A DNA stretch of 46,877 nucleotides from Roseovarius sp. (GTDB lineage: Bacteria > Pseudomonadota > Alphaproteobacteria > Rhodobacterales > Rhodobacteraceae): contig JADQCC010000229.1 of NCBI GenBank assembly GCA_016278295.1, forward strand, positions 1 to 46,877, in the 5' to 3' direction. Under the pieces are notes generated by a model, which saw only the letters and a list, made by a program, of their open reading frames with translations, made no database searches and was not told the DNA's origin. Made by a program: the position numbers and the translations under genes. Shown piece after piece: positions 9,749-18,221 of this stretch; position 1 is the first letter of the stretch; the number at the start of each line of letters is the position of its first letter.

Positions 9749-10992
9749 GCCCCCGGATCGAGGCGGACTATTTGATCGAAACCCCGGTCGATCCACGGCG
9801 CGCCGCCGAGGCGATGGCGGGCGAGCAAAGCTCGGGCACGTTCGTCAAAGTGCCGGGCGAGACGCCGGAATTGCGCGAACGGTGCGCGGCGCGGATCGAG
9901 GCGCTTGAGCTGTTGGGCACCGTCGATGCACCGGCCTTGCCGGGTGGTGCCCCTGGCGAGGCTTATGCGCGGGCCAGGGTTACGCTGTCCTGGCCGCTGG
10001 ACAACACGGGCCCGGATCTTGTGAACCTGATGGCCACCGTTTCTGGCAACCTGTTTGAGCTGCGCCAATTCACAGGTCTGCGTATCCTCGACATCCGCCT
10101 GCCGGATGCCTTTGCCACCGCCTATCCGGGGCCGAAGCACGGCATTTCCGGGACACGGGATTTGTCCGGGGTTGCCAACGGTCCGCTGATCGGGACGATC
10201 ATCAAACCGTCGGTCGGGTTCGAGGCGGATCAGACCGCCGAGCTGGTTGCAACGCTGGCGGCGGCGGGCATCGACTTTATCAAGGACGACGAATTGCAGG
10301 CGGATGGCCGCGTCTGCCCATTCGAAGACCGCGCGCGGGCGGTTATGCGGGTGATCAACGATCACGCTGAACGCACCGGCAAAAAGGTAATGTATGCGTT
10401 CAACCTAACCGGGGAGGTCGATCAGATGCGGCGCAGGCACGATCTGATCCGCGATCTGGGCGGCACATGCGTGATGGTCAGCCTGAACTCTGTCGGGTTA
10501 TCCGGCTTTCTGGGCCTGTCGCGCCATTCCGACCTGCCGATCCATGCCCACCGCAATGGATGGGGGTATCTGTCCCGCGCCCCGATGCTGGGGTGGGATT
10601 ACGCCGCGTGGTCCCGGTTCTGGCGTTTGGCCGGGGCAGACCACATGCACGTGAATGGCCTGCGCAACAAATTCAGCGAACCGGATGACAGCGTCATGGT
10701 ATCGGCCAAATCCCTGTTGCAGCCGATGTTCGCCGACAAGCCCTGTATCCCGATGCCGGTGTTTTCGTCCGGGCAATCGGCGGTGCAGCCGCCCGAAACC
10801 TTTCGCCGTCTTGGCAATGCCGACTGCATCTATGCCGCCGGCGGCGGGATCATGGCGCATCCAGACGGGCCGCCGTCCGGCGTGCAGAGCCTGCGTGACG
10901 CATGGGATGCGGCCATCGCCGGCATCCCGGCAGATACCTATGCCAAGGATCACCCCGCTCTTGCTGCGGCCTTGGGGCAGTCTCGGAAATGA
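9745..10992 (+). CDS. RuBisCO-like protein (form IV), probable 3-oxo-isoapionate-4-phosphate transcarboxylase/hydrolase (OiaT-like) or decarboxylase (OiaX-like)
   Basis: 415 aa; AGEQSSGTF, GTIIKPSVG, DFIKDDE (carbamylated Lys/Mg site), HAHRNG, AGGGIMAHP; no rbcS or prk; adjacent to a DUF1537 kinase and ApnO. Confidence 0.88.
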   Translation: MSPRIEADYLIETPVDPRRAAEAMAGEQSSGTFVKVPGETPELRERCAARIEALELLGTVDAPALPGGAPGEAYARARVTLSWPLDNTGPDLVNLMATVSGNLFELRQFTGLRILDIRLPDAFATAYPGPKHGISGTRDLSGVANGPLIGTIIKPSVGFEADQTAELVATLAAAGIDFIKDDELQADGRVCPFEDRARAVMRVINDHAERTGKKVMYAFNLTGEVDQMRRRHDLIRDLGGTCVMVSLNSVGLSGFLGLSRHSDLPIHAHRNGWGYLSRAPMLGWDYAAWSRFWRLAGADHMHVNGLRNKFSEPDDSVMVSAKSLLQPMFADKPCIPMPVFSSGQSAVQPPETFRRLGNADCIYAAGGGIMAHPDGPPSGVQSLRDAWDAAIAGIPADTYAKDHPALAAALGQSRK

Positions 10993-12323
10993 GGTTGCCA
11001 GACAGCATCCTTGTCGCCTGGGGTGGCGACGATTTCACCGGGTCGGCGGCCAGTATGGAGGCGCTGGAATTCGCAGGTGTGCCCGCGGTTCTGTTTCTGG
11101 ACATTCCGACCCCGGATCAGGTTGCCCGATTTCCCGACGCGCGGGCCATTGGCATCGCCACGACCGCGCGGAGTCATGGGCCTGACTGGATGGAGCGGAC
11201 CCTGCCGCCGGTGTTTGCCTTTCTGAAATCCACGGGCGCGCCTGTCATTCATTACAAGGTCTGCTCGACACTGGATTCCGCGCCGGATCTGGGGTCGATT
11301 GGCAAGGCGCTCGATATCGGGGCGCGGATCGTCAGTGATGGTCCGGTGCCCTTTCTTGTCGCGGCACCTGTGATGCGCCGATATCAGGCGTTCGGCCATC
11401 TCTTTGCATCCTCCGGCGACAGCGTCTACCGGCTCGACCGGCATCCTGTCATGGCACAGCATCCCGTCACGCCGATGGACGACTCGGATGTGGCACGGCA
11501 CCTGTCGCGACAGACTGGCCGACCGGTCGGCACGGTGACGGTCGAGGATCTGGAGCGTGACCCACAGGCGGCTTTTGCCCGTCACACCGGGATCGTCACC
11601 TTGGATGCCATGACTCAGGACCATATGGCCGCGAACGGGGCCTTGATCTGGGGGCGGCCGGCCCCCTGCCTGGTTGCCGGATCGCAAGGCGTCGAATATG
11701 CCCTGATCGAACATTGGCGGGCAACCGCACAACTGGCCCCGGCCCGCCGTATCGGCGGGGCGGGCGCGGTGGACCGGATCATCGCGGTCTCTGGATCGGT
11801 GTCATCGACAACCGCCGCGCAGATCGCGTGGGCCGAGGCGCATGGCTTCGACGTGATCGTTTTGGAGGCCGGTGCGGTTGCGACAGGCGCCACCACCGAC
11901 GCGGCCTTTGAGGCGGCCATTGCCGCGCTCGATGCGGGACGCGACCCCCTGATCTGCACCGCACGCGGACCGGACGATCCGGCCGTCGCAAGGATGCGCC
12001 GGGTTTGTTCGGATGCCGGAATTGACACCGAAACCGCCAATGCCCGCATCGGTGCCGCGCTTGGGGCGCTTCTGAAGCGTCTGCTTCTGGCGACCGGGTT
12101 GAAACGGGCGGTCATTTCGGGCGGCGACACCTCCGGGCATGCCTGCCGTGAGCTGGAGCTTTATGCCTTCAGCGCGCTTGCCCCGACGGTGCCGGGGGCG
12201 GCGCTGCTTGCGGCACATTCCGACACGCCAGCCCTTGCCGGTCTGCAACTGGCATTGAAGGGCGGTCAAATGGGAAGTGCCGATTATTTCGGCTGGATCA
12301 AACGCGGCGGGGGCGCCGCCTGA
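10989..12323 (+). CDS. oiaK: four-carbon acid sugar kinase family (DUF1537), probable 3-oxo-isoapionate kinase
   Basis: GDDFTGS, HYKVCSTLDS, RLDRHPVMAQHPVTPM, SGGDTSG, LKGGQMG; ATGA overlap with the RLP gene. Confidence 0.82.
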   Translation: MRLPDSILVAWGGDDFTGSAASMEALEFAGVPAVLFLDIPTPDQVARFPDARAIGIATTARSHGPDWMERTLPPVFAFLKSTGAPVIHYKVCSTLDSAPDLGSIGKALDIGARIVSDGPVPFLVAAPVMRRYQAFGHLFASSGDSVYRLDRHPVMAQHPVTPMDDSDVARHLSRQTGRPVGTVTVEDLERDPQAAFARHTGIVTLDAMTQDHMAANGALIWGRPAPCLVAGSQGVEYALIEHWRATAQLAPARRIGGAGAVDRIIAVSGSVSSTTAAQIAWAEAHGFDVIVLEAGAVATGATTDAAFEAAIAALDAGRDPLICTARGPDDPAVARMRRVCSDAGIDTETANARIGAALGALLKRLLLATGLKRAVISGGDTSGHACRELELYAFSALAPTVPGAALLAAHSDTPALAGLQLALKGGQMGSADYFGWIKRGGGAA

Positions 12324-12336
12324 AGGAGAGAGAACG

Positions 12337-13179
12337 ATGACCAAAGTTGCATTGCTGGGCGCCGGCGGAAAAATGGGCGTGCGCCTTGCGCAAAACCTTA
12401 AACCCACGCGGTTCGACATTGATCATGTCGAAGTCAGCGAGGCCGGGCGCAAGCGCCTGAAAGACGACGTCGGAGTGGACGCGGTGGCCGATGGCGACAA
12501 TGCGATCGCGGGGGCAGATGTCGTTCTCATGGCGGTGCCCGACCGGTTGATCGGCAAGATCGCGCATCAATTCATCGAAAAGCTGAAGCCCGGCGCCGCC
12601 GTGATCGTGCTGGACGCGGCGGCGCCCTTTGCCGGTGAAATGCCGGACCGCGAGGACGTGACCTATTTCTGCACCCATCCTTGCCACCCCCATATTCTTG
12701 AGGCGCATGACAGCATTGCGGCACAGAAGGATTACTTCGGGGGCATCGCCGCGCCGCAGGGGATTGTGTGCGCGCTGATCCAGGGACCGGAAGAACACTA
12801 TGCCCTGTGCGAAGAAATCGCCAGGATCATCTATGCCCCGGTGGCCCGGTGCCACCGATGTTCGCTTCAGGACATTGCGATCATGGAACCTGCGTTGTCT
12901 GAAACCGTGGCGGCCACCCTTTCGCTGGCCCTTCGCAAGGCAACGGACCGGGCCGTGGCGATGGGCGTGCCCGAAGCCGCCGCGCATGATTTCGTTCTGG
13001 GGCATTTGAAAATCGAACTGGCCATTGCATTCGGCATCTTCCCCGAAGGAAAATTCTCGGATGGGGCACTTATGGCGATCGACAAGGCAAACTCCGTGAT
13101 CTTCAAGGAAGACTGGCTCGACCAGATATTCAGCCTCGCATCTGTGAAAAAATCGGTGCGGGACATCTGTGCAGGATGA
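12337..13179 (+). CDS. apnO: D-apionate oxidoisomerase
   Basis: MTKVALLGAGGKMGVRL, AVPD, LDAAAP, THPCHP, DYFGGIAAPQGIVCALIQGPE, EPALSET, LGHL; follows RLP and kinase. Confidence 0.8.
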   Translation: MTKVALLGAGGKMGVRLAQNLKPTRFDIDHVEVSEAGRKRLKDDVGVDAVADGDNAIAGADVVLMAVPDRLIGKIAHQFIEKLKPGAAVIVLDAAAPFAGEMPDREDVTYFCTHPCHPHILEAHDSIAAQKDYFGGIAAPQGIVCALIQGPEEHYALCEEIARIIYAPVARCHRCSLQDIAIMEPALSETVAATLSLALRKATDRAVAMGVPEAAAHDFVLGHLKIELAIAFGIFPEGKFSDGALMAIDKANSVIFKEDWLDQIFSLASVKKSVRDICAG

Positions 13180-13222
13180 TCCCGCACGGCGAAAAGACAA
13201 AACCACCAGGAGGGGGAACCCG

Positions 13223-14161
13223 ATGGTCAAGACACTTGTAATCGGCAATTACAGCGGAGCCGACCATGCCGCAATGGAGGCAGAGTTCGCCCCGGTGTTT
13301 CTGCCCGATCCAGATGCTTTGCCGGGGCTTGACGAAAGGGTCCGCGCATCGGTGACAGCGATTGCCTATAAGGGCCATTTGCCGGTCGGTGCCGAGCACA
13401 TGGACGCGGTGCCAAATCTCGGGCTCATCGCGAATTTTGGTGTGGGATATGATGCCATCGACACGGCAGCGGCCAGTGAACGGGGGGTCAAGATCACCAA
13501 TACACCGAATGTCCTGAACGACGATGTTGCCGATCTCGCCGTCGGGATGTTGCTGTGCCAGGGCCGTGAAATGATGCAGGCCAGCGCATGGGCGCGGTCC
13601 GGGCACTGGGCCAGGACCGGGGAATACCGGCTGACTCGCAAAGTGTCCGGCAGCACGGTTGGTATTCTGGGGCTTGGTCGCATCGGGCGCGAGATTGCCA
13701 ATCGACTGGCGGCATTAAAGATGGACATCCACTATTTCGCCCGCTCTGAAAAGGACGCGCCGGGGTGGACCTACCATGCGGATCCGGTGGCTTTGGCCGA
13801 TACGGTGGATTTCCTCGTTGTTGCCCTTGTGGGGGGGCAGGAAACCGAGAAATTCGTCTCCAGAGAGGTGATTGCGGCAATGGGGCCGCGTGGTGTTCTG
13901 ATCAACATTTCGCGTGGATCGACCGTGGATGAGACCGCGCTTCTGGATGCGCTCGAGGCAGGGGAAATCGCCGGCGCCGGGCTGGATGTGTTCTGGAACG
14001 AGCCAGACATCAATCCACGGTTTTATGCTTTGGACAACGTGGTCATCCAGCCGCACCAGGGGTCGGGCACTATCGAAACCCGCGCGGCCATGGGGCAATT
14101 GCAACGTGACAACATTACGGCCTTTCACGCGGGCAAAGCCCTGCTGACGGCTGTGACCTAG
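13223..14161 (+). CDS. D-isomer-specific 2-hydroxyacid dehydrogenase (glyoxylate/hydroxypyruvate reductase-like)
   Basis: GVGYDAID, NTPNVLNDDVAD, GLGRIG, NISRGSTVDE, GLDVF, PHQGS. Confidence 0.9.
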   Translation: MVKTLVIGNYSGADHAAMEAEFAPVFLPDPDALPGLDERVRASVTAIAYKGHLPVGAEHMDAVPNLGLIANFGVGYDAIDTAAASERGVKITNTPNVLNDDVADLAVGMLLCQGREMMQASAWARSGHWARTGEYRLTRKVSGSTVGILGLGRIGREIANRLAALKMDIHYFARSEKDAPGWTYHADPVALADTVDFLVVALVGGQETEKFVSREVIAAMGPRGVLINISRGSTVDETALLDALEAGEIAGAGLDVFWNEPDINPRFYALDNVVIQPHQGSGTIETRAAMGQLQRDNITAFHAGKALLTAVT

Positions 14162-14172
14162 GAGGAAAAGAC

Positions 14173-14940
14173 ATGCGCAAAAACACGTTCAAGCAGGCCA
14201 TCACCGAGGGCCGTCAGCAAATCGGAATCTGGCATATGACCCGCGACACCCAGTTGACGGAAATGCTGGGAGGGTGCGGCTTTGACTGGTTGCTGATCGA
14301 CTGCGAGCACACACCAAACTCCGAAGCCGATGTTCTGGCCAAGCTACAGGCGTTGAACGGCAGCCCGACCACGCCGGCGGTGCGCCCGACCTGCCTTGAT
14401 GTGGCCGAGATCAAGCGTCTTCTCGACGTCGGGGCGCAGACCTTCGTTGTGCCGTATGTGCAAACCGTGGAAGAGGCAAAGCTGGCCGCCGCCGCTGTTG
14501 ATTATCCTCCTAACGGTATTCGCGGCGTAGCGGGTGGCTCGCGATCGAGCCGGTATGGCACGATCCCGGGCTATTTTGAGACCGCGCGGGACGAGATTTG
14601 CCTGATCGTCCAGGTCGAAACGGTTGCGGCGATAGAGCGGTTGGAAGAGATCGCCGCCGTGCCGGGCATTGACGGCCTGTTCATCGGACCTTCCGACCTA
14701 GCGGCGTCGATGGGGCATCCCGGCAATCCGGGGCACCCGGATGTCCTTGACGCGATCCTGTCGGCCATGCGCCGGATCCGGGCCGCGGGCAAACCCGCCG
14801 GATTCCTGTCGGCCAATCAGGAGATGCTGGACCAAGTGGTCGATGCCGGCTGCGTCTTTACCGCGATTGATATCGACCTCGGTCTGCTCCAGCGCTCTGC
14901 GATGCAGCGGCTGGAGGTATGCAAGCGCTGGAAAGACTGA
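14173..14940 (+). CDS. HpcH/HpaI-family class II aldolase (GarL/RhmA-like)
   Basis: GFDWLLIDCEH, IKRLLDVGA, YPPNGIRG, QVET, FIGPSDL. Confidence 0.9.
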   Translation: MRKNTFKQAITEGRQQIGIWHMTRDTQLTEMLGGCGFDWLLIDCEHTPNSEADVLAKLQALNGSPTTPAVRPTCLDVAEIKRLLDVGAQTFVVPYVQTVEEAKLAAAAVDYPPNGIRGVAGGSRSSRYGTIPGYFETARDEICLIVQVETVAAIERLEEIAAVPGIDGLFIGPSDLAASMGHPGNPGHPDVLDAILSAMRRIRAAGKPAGFLSANQEMLDQVVDAGCVFTAIDIDLGLLQRSAMQRLEVCKRWKD

Positions 14941-15030
14941 GGACCGCACCCTGAGGCATATTGCGACGAACTGCCCGCCCCCCCCGGGGGGCATGTCCGT
15001 TGCAGACCTGGCCGGTGGTCAGGGTGATCT

Positions 15031-15996
15031 TCATGACGCGGGTTGATCGTCTTCAAGATAGTACCGGATGTTGTCTTCAAAGCTGGCATCGGCCTCCAGC
15101 CCCAGCTTGATCGCCTTTTCCGGGCGCAGGTCAAAGCGCCAGCCGCTGACGATGCGCTTGATTTCCGGCTGGGCGTCCCACCGGATGCGCGTTGCCGGGT
15201 CAGGCCCGGCGACGGCTGTCATCGCGTCGATCAGCTGCCGGATTGACCACATGCGGCCCGGCATCATCATGCAGCGGTTCTGGCCCAGGTCGGCGGCCGG
15301 GATTTCCGCGCCCCGGATCAGGTTCTCGACGCATTTGCGCGGGGAAAGATAGTAGTGCAGGAAATCGTCCTCGACCGGGCAGACCGCCTCTTGCCCGTTG
15401 AGCGGCTCGCGCAGGATCGACGACATGAAGCTCGACGCGGCGCGGTTCGGTTTGCCGGGTCGGACAGAAATGGTCGGCAGGCGAAAGCCGCGCCCATCGA
15501 CGAATCCTTTCCGCGAATAGTCGTTGAGCAGCAGTTCGCCCACTGCCTTTTGCGCGCCGTAAGAGGTTTGCGGGTTGAGGAAGGTGTGGTCGATGATCGG
15601 GTCCGGAACCTCGCCACCGTAGACGGCGATGGAGGACGTGAAGACGATGACCGGCTTGGTGCCCAGTGCGCGGGCGCGCTCCAGCACGTGCATCGCACCC
15701 ATCATGTTGATCTGCCAGCCCAGGTCGAAATCCTCTTCGGCATGGGCGGACACGATGGCAGCCAGAAGATAGATCACCTGGATGTCACCCGTCAGCACAT
15801 CGGCGACCGACGCGGCATCGGCGATGTTGCATGTCGTGGTCTCGACGGGGAATGAGGCGTCGACCGGGGCCGGGTCGATGATGTCGGCCAGCACGATTTT
15901 CGAAATCGCCGTGCCGCGCAGCGTGCCGCCCTCTGCCAGCTTGTGTGCCAGTTTCTGCCCGACGAAACCGCCGCCGCCGATGATGAGAATGTTCAT
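15031..15996 (-). CDS. denD: D-erythronate dehydrogenase-like extended SDR
   Basis: 321 aa; GGGGFVG, LAAIVS, TSSIAVYG, YGAQK, RLPTISVRPGKPNRAASSF. Confidence 0.75.
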   Translation of the reverse strand: MNILIIGGGGFVGQKLAHKLAEGGTLRGTAISKIVLADIIDPAPVDASFPVETTTCNIADAASVADVLTGDIQVIYLLAAIVSAHAEEDFDLGWQINMMGAMHVLERARALGTKPVIVFTSSIAVYGGEVPDPIIDHTFLNPQTSYGAQKAVGELLLNDYSRKGFVDGRGFRLPTISVRPGKPNRAASSFMSSILREPLNGQEAVCPVEDDFLHYYLSPRKCVENLIRGAEIPAADLGQNRCMMMPGRMWSIRQLIDAMTAVAGPDPATRIRWDAQPEIKRIVSGWRFDLRPEKAIKLGLEADASFEDNIRYYLEDDQPAS

Positions 15997-16210
15997 CTGT
16001 CTCCTCCCTGTTCAGATATGTGTGGCACGAGCGCGCCGGGAGCCTGAATGACCCGTGCGGCAAGAGCCATTGCCCGGCGTATTGCCGTGGGCAGCGGCTG
16101 GCCGCCGGCAAGCCCCGCCATGAGACCCGCCGCAAAACTGTCGCCGGCAGGTGCCGGGCGCGATCTGCGCCCGTTCCACCATACATTCGCCGATTGCCAT
16201 AAAGGCTGTT
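15993..16210 (-). pseudogene. kdgK: PfkB-family sugar kinase (KdgK-like) remnant with a large internal deletion
   Basis: N-terminal MAIGECMVE joined out of frame to C-terminal AGDSFAAG...AARVIQAPGAL; about 200 nt in total. Confidence 0.75.
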
Positions 16211-17062
16211 TCAAAGGATCACCTGATGCTCTGCCTGTCCCCTGGCAGTGACCGTCAGCTGAAAGGTCTGGCCGTCCGCCGATGTCGGCTCGGAGAGGTT
16301 TTGCCGGGCGGTTGTGACGTAAAGCGTTGCCAGGTCGGGACCGCCAAAGGCCGGGCAGGTTGTATATTTCGCGGGAAGAGCAAAGCTCTCCTTGTCCTGG
16401 CCATCCGCACCGAACCTGACCACCTTGGCATGGCCGTAATGCGCGATCCACAGGTCTCCGGCGGCGTCCACCACCGCGCCATCGGGCCGGTAGCGGTCAG
16501 CGGGCAAATCCAGGAAACACTCTGGCGCAGATTTGGGCCAGCCCTCCCGGTCCAGCCGCTGTGACCAGACCTTGCCCGTAGGCGTGTCCGTGAAATAGGC
16601 CAGATCGCCGGACGGGGCAAAGCAGATCGCATTGGAAACGGTGATATCCGGGTATAGCTGCCGCAGCTCTCCGCGATAGTAGCGCCAGATCGCCCCGGCC
16701 TTCGTCTCCTTGTTTTTGCCCATGGTGCCGAACCAGAACCCGCCTTGCGGGTCGGTGCGGCAATCGTTGCTTCGGGTGGCCGGGTTGTCCGCCTCGACCG
16801 CGCACAGCTTGTCCTGCGTGCCGGTGGTCAGGTCGAACAGCGACAGAGCGGTTTCCGAAGCGATCACGATACGGGTCTCGTCCACCCAGCCGGCTGCGCT
16901 GACGTGTTCGTCAAACTGCCATGTCTGTGTGGTCTCCTGATGGCGCGTATGAAGCCGGTGGGTATTGATGTCGAACCAGAACAACTGCTGCCGCAAAGGA
17001 TGCCACAGCGGCCCTTCGCCCAGATTGCATTGTGTTTCATCGTACAGCTTTGCCTGGGTCAT
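16211..17062 (-). CDS. SMP-30/gluconolactonase family sugar lactonase
   Basis: LGEGPLW, RSND, FWFGTM, SNAICF, PDGAVVD, TCPAFGG. Confidence 0.92.
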   Translation of the reverse strand: MTQAKLYDETQCNLGEGPLWHPLRQQLFWFDINTHRLHTRHQETTQTWQFDEHVSAAGWVDETRIVIASETALSLFDLTTGTQDKLCAVEADNPATRSNDCRTDPQGGFWFGTMGKNKETKAGAIWRYYRGELRQLYPDITVSNAICFAPSGDLAYFTDTPTGKVWSQRLDREGWPKSAPECFLDLPADRYRPDGAVVDAAGDLWIAHYGHAKVVRFGADGQDKESFALPAKYTTCPAFGGPDLATLYVTTARQNLSEPTSADGQTFQLTVTARGQAEHQVIL

Positions 17063-18210
17063 AGCAGGTGCCTTGCCGCCAGATTGCGCATCAGCGCCCC
17101 TGCGCCGAAGGTCCATGCCGGGCAGTCTGGCGACAGGCGGACCGTGTTCTTCAGGGTGCCAAGCGATGGCTCGGAAATCCTGACCACATCGTCAACGTGA
17201 TGTGTGAACCCCTGCCCCGCCGCATCGCGGTCCTTTACCGGCGCGAACATCGTGCCGCAAAACAGCATGAACCCGTCCGGGTACTGGTGGTGCGGTCCGA
17301 TGGTCTGGGCAACGAGATCGGCGGGATCGCGGCTGATCTCGGTCATTGACGACTCGCCGGTCAGATCAAAGCCATCCGTCCCCCGGACCGTCATCGAGAT
17401 CTGCGCGCGGCGCACATCGTCGAGTGTAAAACTGTCGTCGAACAACCGAATGGCCGGCCCGATGGCACAGGATGCGTTGTTGTCTTTCGCCTTGCTCAAG
17501 AGCAGGGCTGAGCGCCCTTCCACATCGCGGAGGTTCACATCATTGCCAAGCGTTGCCCCGACGATCGTTCCCGCCGGGCTGACCGCGAGGACGATTTCCG
17601 GCTCGGGGTTGTTCCAGGTCGAAATCGGATGCAGGCCAACAGCCGCGCCCCACCCGACAGCCGACATCGGTTGGGATTTGGTAAACACTTCTGCATCGGG
17701 GCCGATCCCGACTTCGAGATATTGCGACCAAAGACCTTCGGCCAGAAGAACGCGTTTGACCTCGGCGGCCTCGGGTGACCCCGGCACCAGCCCGGCAAGG
17801 CTGTCTCCGATGATGTGACCGACCTTGGCGCGAATGACGTCGGCACGGTCGGGGTCTCCCGCTGCCTGCTCCTCGATGACCCGCTCGACCATCGAGGCGG
17901 CAAAGGTGACACCAGAGGCTTTGATCGCCTGTAGATCACAGGGGGCCTGCCAGCGCAGGTCATCTTGCCCAGCATCGGGGGTGGAGCCCATTTCGACCTC
18001 TGTCAATGCGCAGATGTCCTCGCCCTGTGCCGCGCGGGCGGCGGTCAGTGGATCGGCGCTGGCCAGCAAATCGGCGATCGTCGGATGCACCTTTGAGGTG
18101 ATGTCGATCACGCGATCACCGTCAATCCGCACGACGGCCGGGCCGATACCGGGGCGCCAGACGCGGCCGACGAAGGTGGCTTTGGGCGAAGGATTGAATT
18201 CTGGCGGCAT
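17059..18210 (-). CDS. FAH-family 2-keto-3-deoxy-pentonate dehydratase (XylX/KdxD-like)
   Basis: 383 aa; KASGVTF, WSQYLEVGIGPDAEVFTK, WNNPEPE, GNDVNLRDVEGRSALLLSKAKDN, HQYPDGF. Confidence 0.82.
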   Translation of the reverse strand: MPPEFNPSPKATFVGRVWRPGIGPAVVRIDGDRVIDITSKVHPTIADLLASADPLTAARAAQGEDICALTEVEMGSTPDAGQDDLRWQAPCDLQAIKASGVTFAASMVERVIEEQAAGDPDRADVIRAKVGHIIGDSLAGLVPGSPEAAEVKRVLLAEGLWSQYLEVGIGPDAEVFTKSQPMSAVGWGAAVGLHPISTWNNPEPEIVLAVSPAGTIVGATLGNDVNLRDVEGRSALLLSKAKDNNASCAIGPAIRLFDDSFTLDDVRRAQISMTVRGTDGFDLTGESSMTEISRDPADLVAQTIGPHHQYPDGFMLFCGTMFAPVKDRDAAGQGFTHHVDDVVRISEPSLGTLKNTVRLSPDCPAWTFGAGALMRNLAARHLL

Positions 18211-18221
18211 GGACAGCCTCC

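Noticed and set aside
9745-10992. CO2-fixing RuBisCO / Calvin cycle
   Set aside because: No rbcS, prk or cbbX; length, motifs and neighbours fit a form IV RLP.
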